DNA of 64,000 nt, taken from NCBI GenBank assembly GCA_043809585.1, contig JBDROZ010000013.1, positions 3,928 to 67,927 of the forward strand, given 5' to 3'. How positions within the stretch are numbered: the first letter of the stretch is position 1; each line of letters opens with the position of its first letter. This document shows positions 17,215 to 26,302 of this stretch, piece by piece. A model generated the notes under the pieces. The model saw nothing but the letters and a program-made list of their open reading frames with translations. It was not told the origin of the DNA and did not search any database. The stretch comes from Candidatus Eiseniibacteriota bacterium (GTDB lineage: Bacteria > Orphanbacterota > Orphanbacteria > Orphanbacterales > Orphanbacteraceae). The translations under genes were made by a program, and so were the position numbers.

Positions 17215-19088
17215 GCGACCTCGGCCGGCTCCTTCGCTACGTCCTCCCCTGGTGGCGGAAAGGGGTCGTGGCCCTCGTCTGCACATTCCTCTTCGCACTC
17301 TTCAGCGGCGTCTCCATCGGCATGATTCTCCCCTTCACGAAGATCCTCTTCGAAGGGAAGATCGAGGGCCCCGCGGCGGAGGAGACGGTCGCCCCCGCGG
17401 AAGCGGGAGGGCCGACCCCCGTCCCCCTCCTGTCGGAGTGGAAGGAGGAGGGGCGGGAGAGATTTCTCGGGCTCTTCTCCGACGACGATCCGCGCCGGGC
17501 CCTCGCCAAGGTGTGCGCCGGCGTCTTCGTCGTTTTTCTACTGAAAGGGCTCTTCCAGTACCTCCACCAGATCCTGATGATCACGCTCCAAGAGCGGGTG
17601 ATCAAAGAGATCCGGGACGATCTCTTTCGCCACCTCGAGCACCTTCCCATGGCGTATTTCGAGAGCCGCCGGACGGGGGAGCTGATCTCCCGGGTCACGA
17701 ACGACGTGCAGCTCGTCCGGGATATGGTATCGGTGATCTTCACCGAGGCGATCCAGAACGTGATGCTCCTCGCCGTCTTCATCGGCGTGGCGCTGGTGGT
17801 GCGGTGGGACCTCGCCCTCCTCTCGTTCCTGATCTTCCCCCTCCTCGGGGTCTTCACCGCCCACGTCTCCCGCCGGCTCCGCCGCTACAGCACCCGGTTC
17901 CAGGAGGACATGGCCCGGATCACGAGCAACCTCGCCGAGACGATCTCGGGGATGCGGATCGTGAAGGGGTTCTCCATGGAGCGTTTCGAGGGGGAGAAGT
18001 TCGAGAAGAACACGCTCGGCTATCTCCGCTCGTACATCCGGTTCAAACGGGTCGCCGTTCTCGCGAGTCCCGTGGCCGAGCAGCTCGGCGTGATCGGGGC
18101 GCTCGTCGTACTCTGGGTGGGGGGGAACAAGGTGCTCTCCGGGGGCGGCCTCGGCCCGGAGGGGTTCTTCCTCTTCCTCGCGGCGGTCCTGAACATGATG
18201 CAACCGATCCGGAAGCTCTCCCACGTGAACACGGTGACCCAGCAAGGGCTCTCCGCGTCGCGCCGGATCTTCCAGGTCCTCGACGAGCCGAGGGAGACGA
18301 GGCCCGTGGGGGGGAAGGTGATCGGCGGGGTGGAGGAGGCGATCCGGTTCGAGGGCGTCCGGTTCCGCTACGACGGGGCCGACGGCGCGCCGGCCATCGA
18401 GGACGTGGACCTCGTGGTCCCGAGCGGGCGGATGGTCGCCCTCGTCGGCCCGAGCGGGGCGGGCAAGTCGACGCTCGTCGATCTCCTCGTCCGCTTCCAC
18501 GACCCCGTGGAGGGGCGGATCACCATCGACGGCGTGGACACCCGCGAGATCGACCTCGACTCCCTCCGGGGCGCCATGGGGATCGTGACCCAGGAGGTGA
18601 TCCTCTTCAACGACACGATCCGGGAGAACATCGCCTACGGCCGCTCCGACCTCTCCCTCGAGAGGATCCGCACCGCGGCGGAGGCGGCGAACGCGGCCGG
18701 CTTCATCGAGGCGATGCCGGAGGGTTACGAGACGGTGATCGGCGACCGGGGGGTCCGCCTCTCCGGCGGCGAGCGGCAGCGCCTCGCCATCGCCCGCGCG
18801 GTTCTCAAGGATCCGCCGATCCTGATTCTCGACGAGGCGACGTCGAGCCTCGACGCGGAATCGGAGGCGCTCGTGCAGAAGGCGGTGGAGAACCTCGTGC
18901 AGGACCGGACGACCCTCGTCATCGCCCACCGGCTCTCGACCATCCTCCGGGCGGATCGAATCGTGGTGATCGAGAAGGGGCGGATCGCACAGGAGGGGAC
19001 CCACGCCGAGCTGATCCGGGCGGGGGGGCTCTACGCGAAGCTCTTCGAGATGCAGTTCCGGGAGCGGCCGAGGACGGTGAGCGGGTGA
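17211..19088 (+). CDS. msbA: ABC transporter permease/ATPase fusion, MsbA-like lipid A/LPS-core exporter
   Basis: Six-TM N-domain, Walker A GPSGAGKST, signature LSGGERQR, Walker B ILILDEATS. Embedded in an LPS-core cluster. Confidence 0.7.
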   Translation: MSDLGRLLRYVLPWWRKGVVALVCTFLFALFSGVSIGMILPFTKILFEGKIEGPAAEETVAPAEAGGPTPVPLLSEWKEEGRERFLGLFSDDDPRRALAKVCAGVFVVFLLKGLFQYLHQILMITLQERVIKEIRDDLFRHLEHLPMAYFESRRTGELISRVTNDVQLVRDMVSVIFTEAIQNVMLLAVFIGVALVVRWDLALLSFLIFPLLGVFTAHVSRRLRRYSTRFQEDMARITSNLAETISGMRIVKGFSMERFEGEKFEKNTLGYLRSYIRFKRVAVLASPVAEQLGVIGALVVLWVGGNKVLSGGGLGPEGFFLFLAAVLNMMQPIRKLSHVNTVTQQGLSASRRIFQVLDEPRETRPVGGKVIGGVEEAIRFEGVRFRYDGADGAPAIEDVDLVVPSGRMVALVGPSGAGKSTLVDLLVRFHDPVEGRITIDGVDTREIDLDSLRGAMGIVTQEVILFNDTIRENIAYGRSDLSLERIRTAAEAANAAGFIEAMPEGYETVIGDRGVRLSGGERQRLAIARAVLKDPPILILDEATSSLDAESEALVQKAVENLVQDRTTLVIAHRLSTILRADRIVVIEKGRIAQEGTHAELIRAGGLYAKLFEMQFRERPRTVSG

Positions 19089-20137
19089 GGGGGCCGGCGT
19101 CGATCCTCGTCGTCCGCTGGGGGCGGCTCGGAGACCTCCTCCTCACGGCGGCGGCCACCCGGGAGATGAAGCGGGCGTGGCCGGAGGCGCGGATCGACCT
19201 CGCCGTCATGGAAGAGTACGCCGAAGCGGCGACCCTGCTTCCCGGCATCGACCGGATCGTCCCATTCGCGCGAGGCCGGGGGGTCGTCGATTTCTTCCGG
19301 GGACGGGGGGACCTCCGCGGCCCCTACGATCTCGCCTTCGACCTTCACGGCAACCTCCGCGCCCGGGCCCTTCTCGCCGTCGTCCGCCCCCGCCGGGTCT
19401 TCCGTTACGAGCGGCTCGTCCGGGAGCGGCGGCGGCTTGTCCGGACGAAGAAGGGGAAGGGGGGGGACTTCCCGCCGGTCTGGCGCCGCTACGTCGGCGC
19501 CGTGGCGCGGGCGGGGGCGGATGTCCTTGACGACCCTCCCGCCCTTGCCCTCCCCGAGGGGGCCGGCGGCGAAGGGGCGATCGCCTTCGCGCCCGGCGCG
19601 GGGCGGCCGACGAAGCGGTGGCCCGCGGCGCGCTTCGCCGAGGCGGCCCGGCTCCTCGCCGGGGAAGGACGGCCGATCCTGCTCGTCGGGGCCGCCGCGG
19701 AACGGCCCCTGCTCGAAGAGATCGCCCGGGAGTCGGGCGCGAATCCGGAGATCCTCGCGGGCGCCCCGATCCCCGAAACCGCCGCCCGGCTCCGAAACGC
19801 CTCGGTTCTCCTCACGAACGACTCGGGACTGATGCATCTCGCCGCCGGCGCCGGCACCTCCGTGGTCGCCCTCTTCGGCCCCACGGTGCCCGAACTCGGT
19901 TTTCCCCCCGCGGGTGAAGGGCACATGGTTCTCTCTCGGAACCTCCCCTGCCGGCCCTGCTCCCTCCACGGAGGCGATGTTTGCCCGCTCCCCGACCGGA
20001 GCCACGCCTGCCTCGTGGACATCCCGGCGGAGGAGGCGGCGGGGGCGGCGCGGGCGATCCTCCGTGACTCGCCTCCGGCCCTGGGTTACCATGGCCGGAC
20101 GTCGATCGCGAAGGAGGAGAGCGGCCTTGACGGATAA
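19085..20137 (+). CDS. glycosyltransferase family 9 (heptosyltransferase family)
   Basis: ILVVRWGRLGDLLLTAAATREMKRAWPEARIDL, KRWPAARFAE, LLTNDSGLMHLAAGAGTSVVALFGPT. GTGA overlap with the msbA-like gene. Confidence 0.8.
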   Translation: MRGPASILVVRWGRLGDLLLTAAATREMKRAWPEARIDLAVMEEYAEAATLLPGIDRIVPFARGRGVVDFFRGRGDLRGPYDLAFDLHGNLRARALLAVVRPRRVFRYERLVRERRRLVRTKKGKGGDFPPVWRRYVGAVARAGADVLDDPPALALPEGAGGEGAIAFAPGAGRPTKRWPAARFAEAARLLAGEGRPILLVGAAAERPLLEEIARESGANPEILAGAPIPETAARLRNASVLLTNDSGLMHLAAGAGTSVVALFGPTVPELGFPPAGEGHMVLSRNLPCRPCSLHGGDVCPLPDRSHACLVDIPAEEAAGAARAILRDSPPALGYHGRTSIAKEESGLDG

Positions 20138-20714
20138 GCCGCGTCCCGCGGTCTTTCTCGACCGGGACGGCACGATCAACCAGCAGGTGGGTTACATCAA
20201 TCACCCCTCCCGGTTGCAGACGTTCGCCTTCGCGGGGCGCGCCATCCGGCGCCTGAACGAACGGTCGATCCCGGTCGTGGTGATCACCAACCAGTCGGGG
20301 ATCGCCCGGGGCATCTTCACCGAGGAAATCATGGTGAAGACCCACGAGAGGTTCCGGCGGCTTCTCTCTCTCGAGGGGGCCCGGGTCGACGGGATCTACG
20401 TCTGCCCCCACCACCCGAAGGAGGGGCCGAGCCCGAAGCGCTGCCGCTGCCGGAAGCCGGGGACCGGCCTGATCCGGAAGGCGGCCCGGGAGCTAGGACT
20501 CGACCCGGCCCGCTCCTTCGTCGTCGGCGACACACCGGCGGACATCGAGATGGGAAAGAAGGTCGGCGCCCGCACCGTCCTCGTGCTGACCGGATACGGC
20601 AAGGGGGAACTGAACTACCGCCGCCACCTCTGGAGGGTGGAGCCGGACCGCATCGAGCGGAACCTCGAGTATGGGGTGAACTGGATTCTCGAACAGCAAA
20701 CGTGGGAAGACTGA
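20127..20714 (+). CDS. gmhB: D-glycero-D-manno-heptose 1,7-bisphosphate phosphatase
   Basis: HAD motif FLDRDGTIN, TNQSGIARG, zinc-binding CPHHP...CRCRKPG, VGD. TTG 20127 is preceded by AAGGAGGA at 20111-20118; ATG 20091 is an alternative. Confidence 0.85.
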   Translation: MTDKPRPAVFLDRDGTINQQVGYINHPSRLQTFAFAGRAIRRLNERSIPVVVITNQSGIARGIFTEEIMVKTHERFRRLLSLEGARVDGIYVCPHHPKEGPSPKRCRCRKPGTGLIRKAARELGLDPARSFVVGDTPADIEMGKKVGARTVLVLTGYGKGELNYRRHLWRVEPDRIERNLEYGVNWILEQQTWED

Positions 20715-20718
20715 TTCC

Positions 20719-21462
20719 ATGAGACGAAATACGAATGGTATTCGAGCGGCGGCGCTCGCCCTCGTTCTTCTTCTCCTCCTGGCGCCGGCCGCGGTTTCGG
20801 CCGCGGGGCGGAAGCCCTTCGGCCCGGGGGAGAAGCTGACCTTTTCGATCCGCTACGGGCTCATCCGGGCGGGAACGGCGGAGCTCGAGGTGACCGAAGA
20901 CCCCGATGGAAGCTGGATCTTCACCTCCCGGGCGCGGACGAACTCGTTCTTCGACGTCTTCTTCAAGGTCCGGGACCAGGTCCGCGCGTGGGTCGATCCG
21001 GCGACGATGCGAAGCCTACGTTTCGAGAAGCGGCTGCGGGAGGGGAAGTACAGCGACGATGAGGCGGTGGTCTTCGATCACCAGGCGGGGTACGCGATCT
21101 ATGAGGAAGATTCGACGAAGGTGCCGCTCACGCCGGAGACCCGGGATGTTCTCTCCACCTTCTTCTACGTCCGGACGGCCCGGCTGAACCTGAACGACAA
21201 GATTCAGATGATCTACCACTCGAGCAAGAAGAACTGGCCGATCCACGTGGACGTCGGCAAGGTGGAAAAGGTGAAGGTGCCGGCGGGCGAGTTCCGATGC
21301 ATCAAGATCGAACCCTTCCTGAAAACCGTGGGCGTCTTCAAGCAGGCGGGGCGGCTCAGCATCTGGATCACCGCCGACGAGCGGCGGATGCCGGTGAAGC
21401 TCGAGAGCAAGGTGACCTTCGGCGCCTTCGAGGCGGTGCTGACGGACTATCAGACTCCGTAG
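20719..21462 (+). CDS. DUF3108-domain secreted protein
   Basis: Signal peptide (AAALALVLLLLLAPAAVSA), then GEKLTFSIRYGLIRAGTAELEV and a beta-rich body typical of DUF3108. Confidence 0.65.
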   Translation: MRRNTNGIRAAALALVLLLLLAPAAVSAAGRKPFGPGEKLTFSIRYGLIRAGTAELEVTEDPDGSWIFTSRARTNSFFDVFFKVRDQVRAWVDPATMRSLRFEKRLREGKYSDDEAVVFDHQAGYAIYEEDSTKVPLTPETRDVLSTFFYVRTARLNLNDKIQMIYHSSKKNWPIHVDVGKVEKVKVPAGEFRCIKIEPFLKTVGVFKQAGRLSIWITADERRMPVKLESKVTFGAFEAVLTDYQTP

Positions 21463-21539
21463 GTGGCGAGTGGGCGGAGCTCTCTCGGTGCCGGATCCTC
21501 CCCGGGCGAAGCGACGGAGTTTCCGGTTCCGAGAAGAGG

Positions 21540-22493
21540 ATGAAAGGAAAGGCGTTGCCCTCGAAACACGACCGGTTCGACTTGAACCGTATCAAGCCCG
21601 TTCCCGTTTCGGATGTGGGCCACAAGGTCCGGGTCGAACAGTTCGGGAAGACGATGAAGAAGGGAACGTCCGTCGAAGCCCTTCTCCGGGGGCTTCCCGA
21701 TCTTCTCGCGGCGCGGGACATGAACCGCGCCATCGACCGGATCGTGGCGGCGAAGAAGAGCGGCGCTCCCGTGCTCTTTCTCTTCGGCGCCCACGTGATT
21801 AAGTGCGGACTCGCGCCCGTGCTCATCCCGCTGATTCGGGACGGGATCGTCTCCGGCCTCGCCACGAACGGCGCCGGCGCGATTCACGACTACGAGATCG
21901 CCCGTTTCGGCACCACGTCGGAGAACGTCGCGGAGAATTTACCCAAGGGGATCTTCGGCATGTCCGGGGAGACCGCGGAAGGCATCAACGGCGCCCTCCG
22001 GGACGGCCTCGCCGAGGGCCTCGGCTTCGGCGAGTCGATCGGGCGGGCTCTCGCGGAAGGGAAGGCGGCTCACAAAGACGTCTCCCTCTTCGCCGCCGCC
22101 TACGAAGCGGGAATTCCCTTCACCGTTCACGTCGCCCTCGGCACGGACATCGTCCACATGCACAAGAGCGCGTCGGGCGAGGCGACCGGCGAGGCGACGA
22201 TGCGCGATTTCCTCACCTTCACCGCCCTCGTCGAGAAGCTGACCGGGGAGAGCGTCGTCCTCCATGCCGGCTCGGCGGTCGTTCTCCCCGAGGTTCTCCT
22301 GAAGGCCGTCTCCATGTGCCGGAATGCCGGCTCCCCGCCGGGCGAATTCCTCGCCGTCAACTGCGACATGAACCGGATGTACCGCCCGACCCAGAACGTC
22401 CTCCGCCGCCCGTCGGGAGAGGGCATCGACCTTGCGGGCCACCACGAGATCCTGCTCCCCCTCCTCGTCGCGGGGATCTACGGCCGGCTGTAG
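21540..22493 (+). CDS. deoxyhypusine-synthase-like (DS/DHS fold) protein, function unknown
   Basis: GAHVIKCGLAPVLIPLIRDGIVSGLATNGAGAIHDYEIA resembles the DHS block SSGLRE..L....VD.IVTTAGG.EED. Assignment from memory only. No good RBS spacing for ATG 21540. Confidence 0.4.
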   Translation: MKGKALPSKHDRFDLNRIKPVPVSDVGHKVRVEQFGKTMKKGTSVEALLRGLPDLLAARDMNRAIDRIVAAKKSGAPVLFLFGAHVIKCGLAPVLIPLIRDGIVSGLATNGAGAIHDYEIARFGTTSENVAENLPKGIFGMSGETAEGINGALRDGLAEGLGFGESIGRALAEGKAAHKDVSLFAAAYEAGIPFTVHVALGTDIVHMHKSASGEATGEATMRDFLTFTALVEKLTGESVVLHAGSAVVLPEVLLKAVSMCRNAGSPPGEFLAVNCDMNRMYRPTQNVLRRPSGEGIDLAGHHEILLPLLVAGIYGRL

Positions 22494-22657
22494 GTCTCGG
22501 GGCCGCAGTTGCGTTGATTGCGTTATCCCCTTTCGGCACCGGATTCTCTCCGGGGCAGAACGGAAAGGGACCTGGTTCCGAGAGGCCCGCCTGCGATATA
22601 CTTCATGCAGAAGGCGGTGTCTGGTCAGGGAAGAGACGGAAAGGGGGTGGTCCGCCA

Positions 22658-22930
22658 ATGCCGCTGAGAGTATCACAACACCTCGTCGAGCGAGCCGCCG
22701 AAGCCTTCCGTTCCGGAAAGACCCTCAAGTCAGCTGATGACTTCGAGATCTTCGAGATGCCGGATCGACGCAATGGAGATCCGGACACTCGTGTCCTCTT
22801 TCTCTGGAAGGAGGGCCGGGACTTTCCGAAGTTCCCAACGGGGTTCCTCCTTCCTGTCTCCATTGAAAGCCGAAGGGGCTACCTTTGGAATCGAGCAATG
22901 GCGCTCGCCTACGAGATTCCCGCCGAGTAG
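22658..22930 (+). CDS. hypothetical small protein (90 aa)
   Basis: ORF only, in a lower-GC patch, convergent with the next gene. No recognisable motif. Confidence 0.3.
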   Translation: MPLRVSQHLVERAAEAFRSGKTLKSADDFEIFEMPDRRNGDPDTRVLFLWKEGRDFPKFPTGFLLPVSIESRRGYLWNRAMALAYEIPAE

Positions 22931-23035
22931 TAGCCCGTGCTGAGCCGCGGGTTCTTCCTCGGCATCTTCCTGTCCAGATGACTTGTTTCTACCAGGATAA
23001 GGTATCTGGTCACGCAAGGGTCCGTCCCATGATCC

Positions 23036-24007
23036 CTACTCCTCGTAGGCGGTGAGCACACCGTTTTCGAAGTAGAGGGACCGGAGCGTTCCCGCTTTCG
23101 TCGGATAGGTCCACTGCTCGCGGGCGCCCGCGGCGGAAATCGTCCTCCTGACGTCCTCCGGCTCTCCCAGGCTGGCGCCGACCATCTCCGTCGACATACC
23201 GAGCGTGACTTCACCCGCCAGAATGGCGTCCCGTACCTCGGCCGGTTGGTCCGGGTGGCTCCGGAGATACTCCTCCCGGCGCAATCGGTCACGGGCGGCG
23301 GCGGCTTCGGCCTCCCTCCGTGACGCCCTCTCCCGCAGTTCCTCGGGCGTGGGTTTGGGCACCGCCCGGCCGCTCACGAACGACGCCGGGACCCACCCGG
23401 AAACATACCGGGCCTCGAGGGCCTCGAGAGTCGAGACCGGATCTCGGGACAGAGAATCGACCGGAATCCTCACCCGGAACCACTGCTCGTCGCCACCGGC
23501 CCGGAAGACCATATCCCCCTCCCCGAGAATCGCCACGACGGCGGAGTTCGGGTCCGGGCTCTCCCGAACGCTCGCCCTCTCTTCGGAGACCCAGAGAGGA
23601 GATCTCTCGATTTCCGAGCGGCGCAGCTTCAGTTCATCCTCCCGTCTTTCGCTCTCCGCCGAGGTACGCGCCGCCTCCCGGAAGAACGCGGCCTTGGAGC
23701 GCAGGTGGGAAAGGGAACGGGAGAGGGAAGTGCCGGAACGCCTTCCGGCGGTGAGCGAGTCGACTCTCGCGATCAGACCCGTGAGAACGGAGTCCGCCTG
23801 CCGGTACTCTCCCCGCTTCTGAAGGTCAATTCCCTCTCCGTAGGCCGACTCCAGCTTCTCGAGGTCGACGCGAGGACGCTCCATCTCCCGTTCCGCCGGC
23901 GGTTCCCGATCGGGTGGACGGCTCTCGATGGACTTGGGGGAACAATGGCCGAGGGAAAGGAGAGAGAGAACGAGAACGAAAACGCACATGCCATGGCGCA
24001 GTTCCAT
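23036..24007 (-). CDS. secreted protein with coiled-coil region, SH3-like domain and a BamE/SmpA-OmlA-like C-terminal domain
   Basis: N-terminal signal peptide MCVFVLVLSLLSLGHC. VVAILGEGDMVFRAGGDEQWFRVRI...GWVPASFV (bacterial SH3 pattern). LGMSTEMVGASLGEPEDV...WTY...LYFENGVLTAY (BamE-like pattern). Confidence 0.5.
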   Translation of the reverse strand: MELRHGMCVFVLVLSLLSLGHCSPKSIESRPPDREPPAEREMERPRVDLEKLESAYGEGIDLQKRGEYRQADSVLTGLIARVDSLTAGRRSGTSLSRSLSHLRSKAAFFREAARTSAESERREDELKLRRSEIERSPLWVSEERASVRESPDPNSAVVAILGEGDMVFRAGGDEQWFRVRIPVDSLSRDPVSTLEALEARYVSGWVPASFVSGRAVPKPTPEELRERASRREAEAAAARDRLRREEYLRSHPDQPAEVRDAILAGEVTLGMSTEMVGASLGEPEDVRRTISAAGAREQWTYPTKAGTLRSLYFENGVLTAYEE

Positions 24008-24167
24008 TTCCTTCTCCGGAGACGCGGGCGCCGCCCCTGCCGACGAACCGCGGCCGGGGCGGCGGGCCCGGCCTACGGCGATCGCGATTCTCGCCCATGT
24101 CCCATGATATCACAACCGCCGCATTCCGCACCGCCGGCGCCCGTCCTCGGAATCGGCCTTCAGGATC

Positions 24168-25202
24168 CTATTCCTTCGGGGTACTGCTCGCGTTTTCGAG
24201 GCGGGCATCGTACATGGCGGAGAAGTAGCGGCGCCAGGCGGGGCGCTCCATGATCACCTGCCACCACTCCCGGTGGTCGACGTACCAGCGGACCGTCGCT
24301 TCGAGGCCTTCTTCGAGTGTGCGCTCGGCCTTCCATCGAATCTCCCCTTCGATCTTCGCGGGGTCGATGGCGTAGCGCCGATCGTGCCCGGGCCGGTCCG
24401 CCACGTAGCGGATGAGCGACTCGGGCTTGCCGAGGTGGGTCAAGAGGGTCCTCACGATGGCGAGGTTCGTCATTTCGCTCCGAGCGCCCACGTTGTAAAC
24501 CTCCCCCGGTACCCCCCTCTCGAGGACGAGATCGACGGCCCGGCAGTGGTCTTCCACGTGGATCCAGTCGCGCACGTTCCTCCCGTCGCCGTAGACCGGG
24601 AGGGGCATGTCGCCGAGGGCACGGATGATCATGAGGGGAATCAGCTTCTCCGGGAACTGGAAAGGTCCGTAGTTGTTGCAACAGCGGGTGATCACCGCCG
24701 AAAGGGCGTGGGTCTTCACGAAAGAGCGAACCAGGAGGTCCGCCGATCCCTTGCTCGCCGCGTAGGGGCTGTTCGGAAGGAGGGGGAGGTTCTCGTGGAA
24801 GCTCCCTTCGGCGCCGAGGGAACCGTACACTTCGTCCGTCGAGATCTGCACGAACCGGTCGACTCCCGCCCGCCGCGCATCCTCGAGAAGAACGAGGGTC
24901 CCCTCCACGTTGGTCCGGTAGAATCCGGTCGCGTCCTCGATGCTCCGGTCGACGTGGGACTCGGCGGCGAAGTGCACGACCGCCTCCACGCCTTCCATCG
25001 CCCGCTTCACCGTCTCCCGGTCGACGATGTCCCCCTGAACGAACCGGTACCTGGCGTCCCCCTCGATTCCCGCGAGGTTCGCCCGGTTCGAGACGTCGGT
25101 CAGCTTGTCCAGATTGACGATCGTGTCGCCCGTCGTCCCGAGCCGGTGGAGCACGTAGTTCGATCCGATGAAGCCGCAGCCGCCGGTGACGAGGATCTTC
25201 AC
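24168..25202 (-). CDS. rfbB: dTDP-glucose 4,6-dehydratase
   Basis: MKILVTGGCGFIGSN, SPYAASK catalytic YxxxK, DGRNVRDWIHVEDH. Confidence 0.9.
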   Translation of the reverse strand: MKILVTGGCGFIGSNYVLHRLGTTGDTIVNLDKLTDVSNRANLAGIEGDARYRFVQGDIVDRETVKRAMEGVEAVVHFAAESHVDRSIEDATGFYRTNVEGTLVLLEDARRAGVDRFVQISTDEVYGSLGAEGSFHENLPLLPNSPYAASKGSADLLVRSFVKTHALSAVITRCCNNYGPFQFPEKLIPLMIIRALGDMPLPVYGDGRNVRDWIHVEDHCRAVDLVLERGVPGEVYNVGARSEMTNLAIVRTLLTHLGKPESLIRYVADRPGHDRRYAIDPAKIEGEIRWKAERTLEEGLEATVRWYVDHREWWQVIMERPAWRRYFSAMYDARLENASSTPKE

Positions 25203-25212
25203 GGGCCTTCTC

Positions 25213-25944
25213 CTACTCCGGCCGGTTCGCGCCGGTCTTCTTCACGAGTTCGCTCGCCCGGAAAAGGGAAGGGAAGGTTCCGGCGTCGGTCCACCACCCC
25301 TCGAGGATGTCCCAGGTCAGCCCGCCCCGCTCGATGTAGGCGTTGTTCACGTCCGTGATCTCGAGCTCCCCCCGGTCCGAGGGCTTCAATGTCTTGATGA
25401 TTTCGAAGACCCGCGCGTCGTACAGGTAGACGCCGATCACCGCGTAGGGGGAAGGGGGATCTTGGGGCTTCTCCACGATCCGAAGCACCCTGTCGCCGCT
25501 CAGTTCGGGCACCCCGAACCGCTCCGGGTCGGGCACTTCTTTCAGCAGGATCTTCGCCCCCGCCGGCTGCTTCTCGAAGGCCCGCACCGCGGGCGCGATG
25601 GAGCGCTCGATGATGTTGTCCCCGAGGATGACGCAGACCCGCTCGCCCGCGGCGAAGTACTCGGCGAGGCCGAGGGCCTCGGCGATACCCCCCTCGCCCT
25701 CCTGATAGGTGTAGTTCAGATGCTGGAGGCCGAAATCGCGGCCGTTCCCCATGAGAGTGAGGAAATCGCCCGAGTGGTTGCCGCCGGTCACGACGAGGAT
25801 GTCCGTGATGCCCGCGTTCACGAGGGTCCGGATCGGGTAGTAGATCATCGGCTTGTCGTACACGGGAAGCAGGTGCTTGTTGGTGATCTTGGTGAGGGGG
25901 TGGAGCCGGGTGCCCAAGCCTCCGGCGAGGACGATGCCTTTCAT
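25213..25944 (-). CDS. rfbA: glucose-1-phosphate thymidylyltransferase (short form)
   Basis: MKGIVLAGGLGTRLHPLTKITNKHLLPVYDKPMIYYPI, ILGDNI, EKP. RBS AGGAG 10 nt upstream of the ATG. Confidence 0.8.
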   Translation of the reverse strand: MKGIVLAGGLGTRLHPLTKITNKHLLPVYDKPMIYYPIRTLVNAGITDILVVTGGNHSGDFLTLMGNGRDFGLQHLNYTYQEGEGGIAEALGLAEYFAAGERVCVILGDNIIERSIAPAVRAFEKQPAGAKILLKEVPDPERFGVPELSGDRVLRIVEKPQDPPSPYAVIGVYLYDARVFEIIKTLKPSDRGELEITDVNNAYIERGGLTWDILEGWWTDAGTFPSLFRASELVKKTGANRPE

Positions 25945-25997
25945 GGTCGGCCGGCTCCTTTCGGGTGGAAGGGAAGCGGGTGTTCGTTCGGTGGATG

Positions 25998-26026
25998 ATT
26001 GTAGCAGGGGGGGGGGCGCGAGTCCA
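25998..26026 (-). promoter_or_regulatory. sigma70-type promoter for rfbA-rfbB with a homopolymeric tract in the spacer
   Basis: Minus strand reads TGGACT-CGCG(C)10TGC-TACAAT (17-nt spacer). -35 at 26021-26026, -10 at 25998-26003, G10 on the plus strand at 26007-26016. About 50 nt upstream of the rfbA ATG. Confidence 0.5.
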
Positions 26027-26265
26027 CGACCGGGAAGAGGCTCATACGGCCGGGTCCCGGGGGCCCTCGGGGGCTCGCACGGCCGGGGCCCGTCCGTCCG
26101 GAGCAGGACCGGAGGTCCGCATCGAAGGGGATGGGCAGCGGAAGTGACGAGACCTTCATCAAACCGATCATCCGATTCCGGAGTGTGCCGATCCCGAAAG
26201 CTCGGGCTGGTTCCATGAGCACGATTCGATGACTGCTTCTATGTCCCATGAAACCCCGATTTGCC

Positions 26266-26294
26266 TTGATGGTGACACCGGTCGGGCCTAGAAT
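26266..26294 (+). promoter_or_regulatory. sigma70-type promoter for the methyltransferase gene (would give a leaderless or near-leaderless mRNA)
   Basis: TTGATG-17 nt-TAGAAT. The -10 ends 8 nt before ATG 26303. Confidence 0.4.
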
Positions 26295-26302
26295 CCTCCT
26301 GG

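Noticed and set aside
24087-24115. Minus-strand TTGTGA-17-GAGAAT as a promoter for the SH3/BamE-like gene.
   Set aside because: Both hexamers are weak (4/6 each). The gene may simply be co-transcribed with rfbA-rfbB. Not strong enough to list as a feature.
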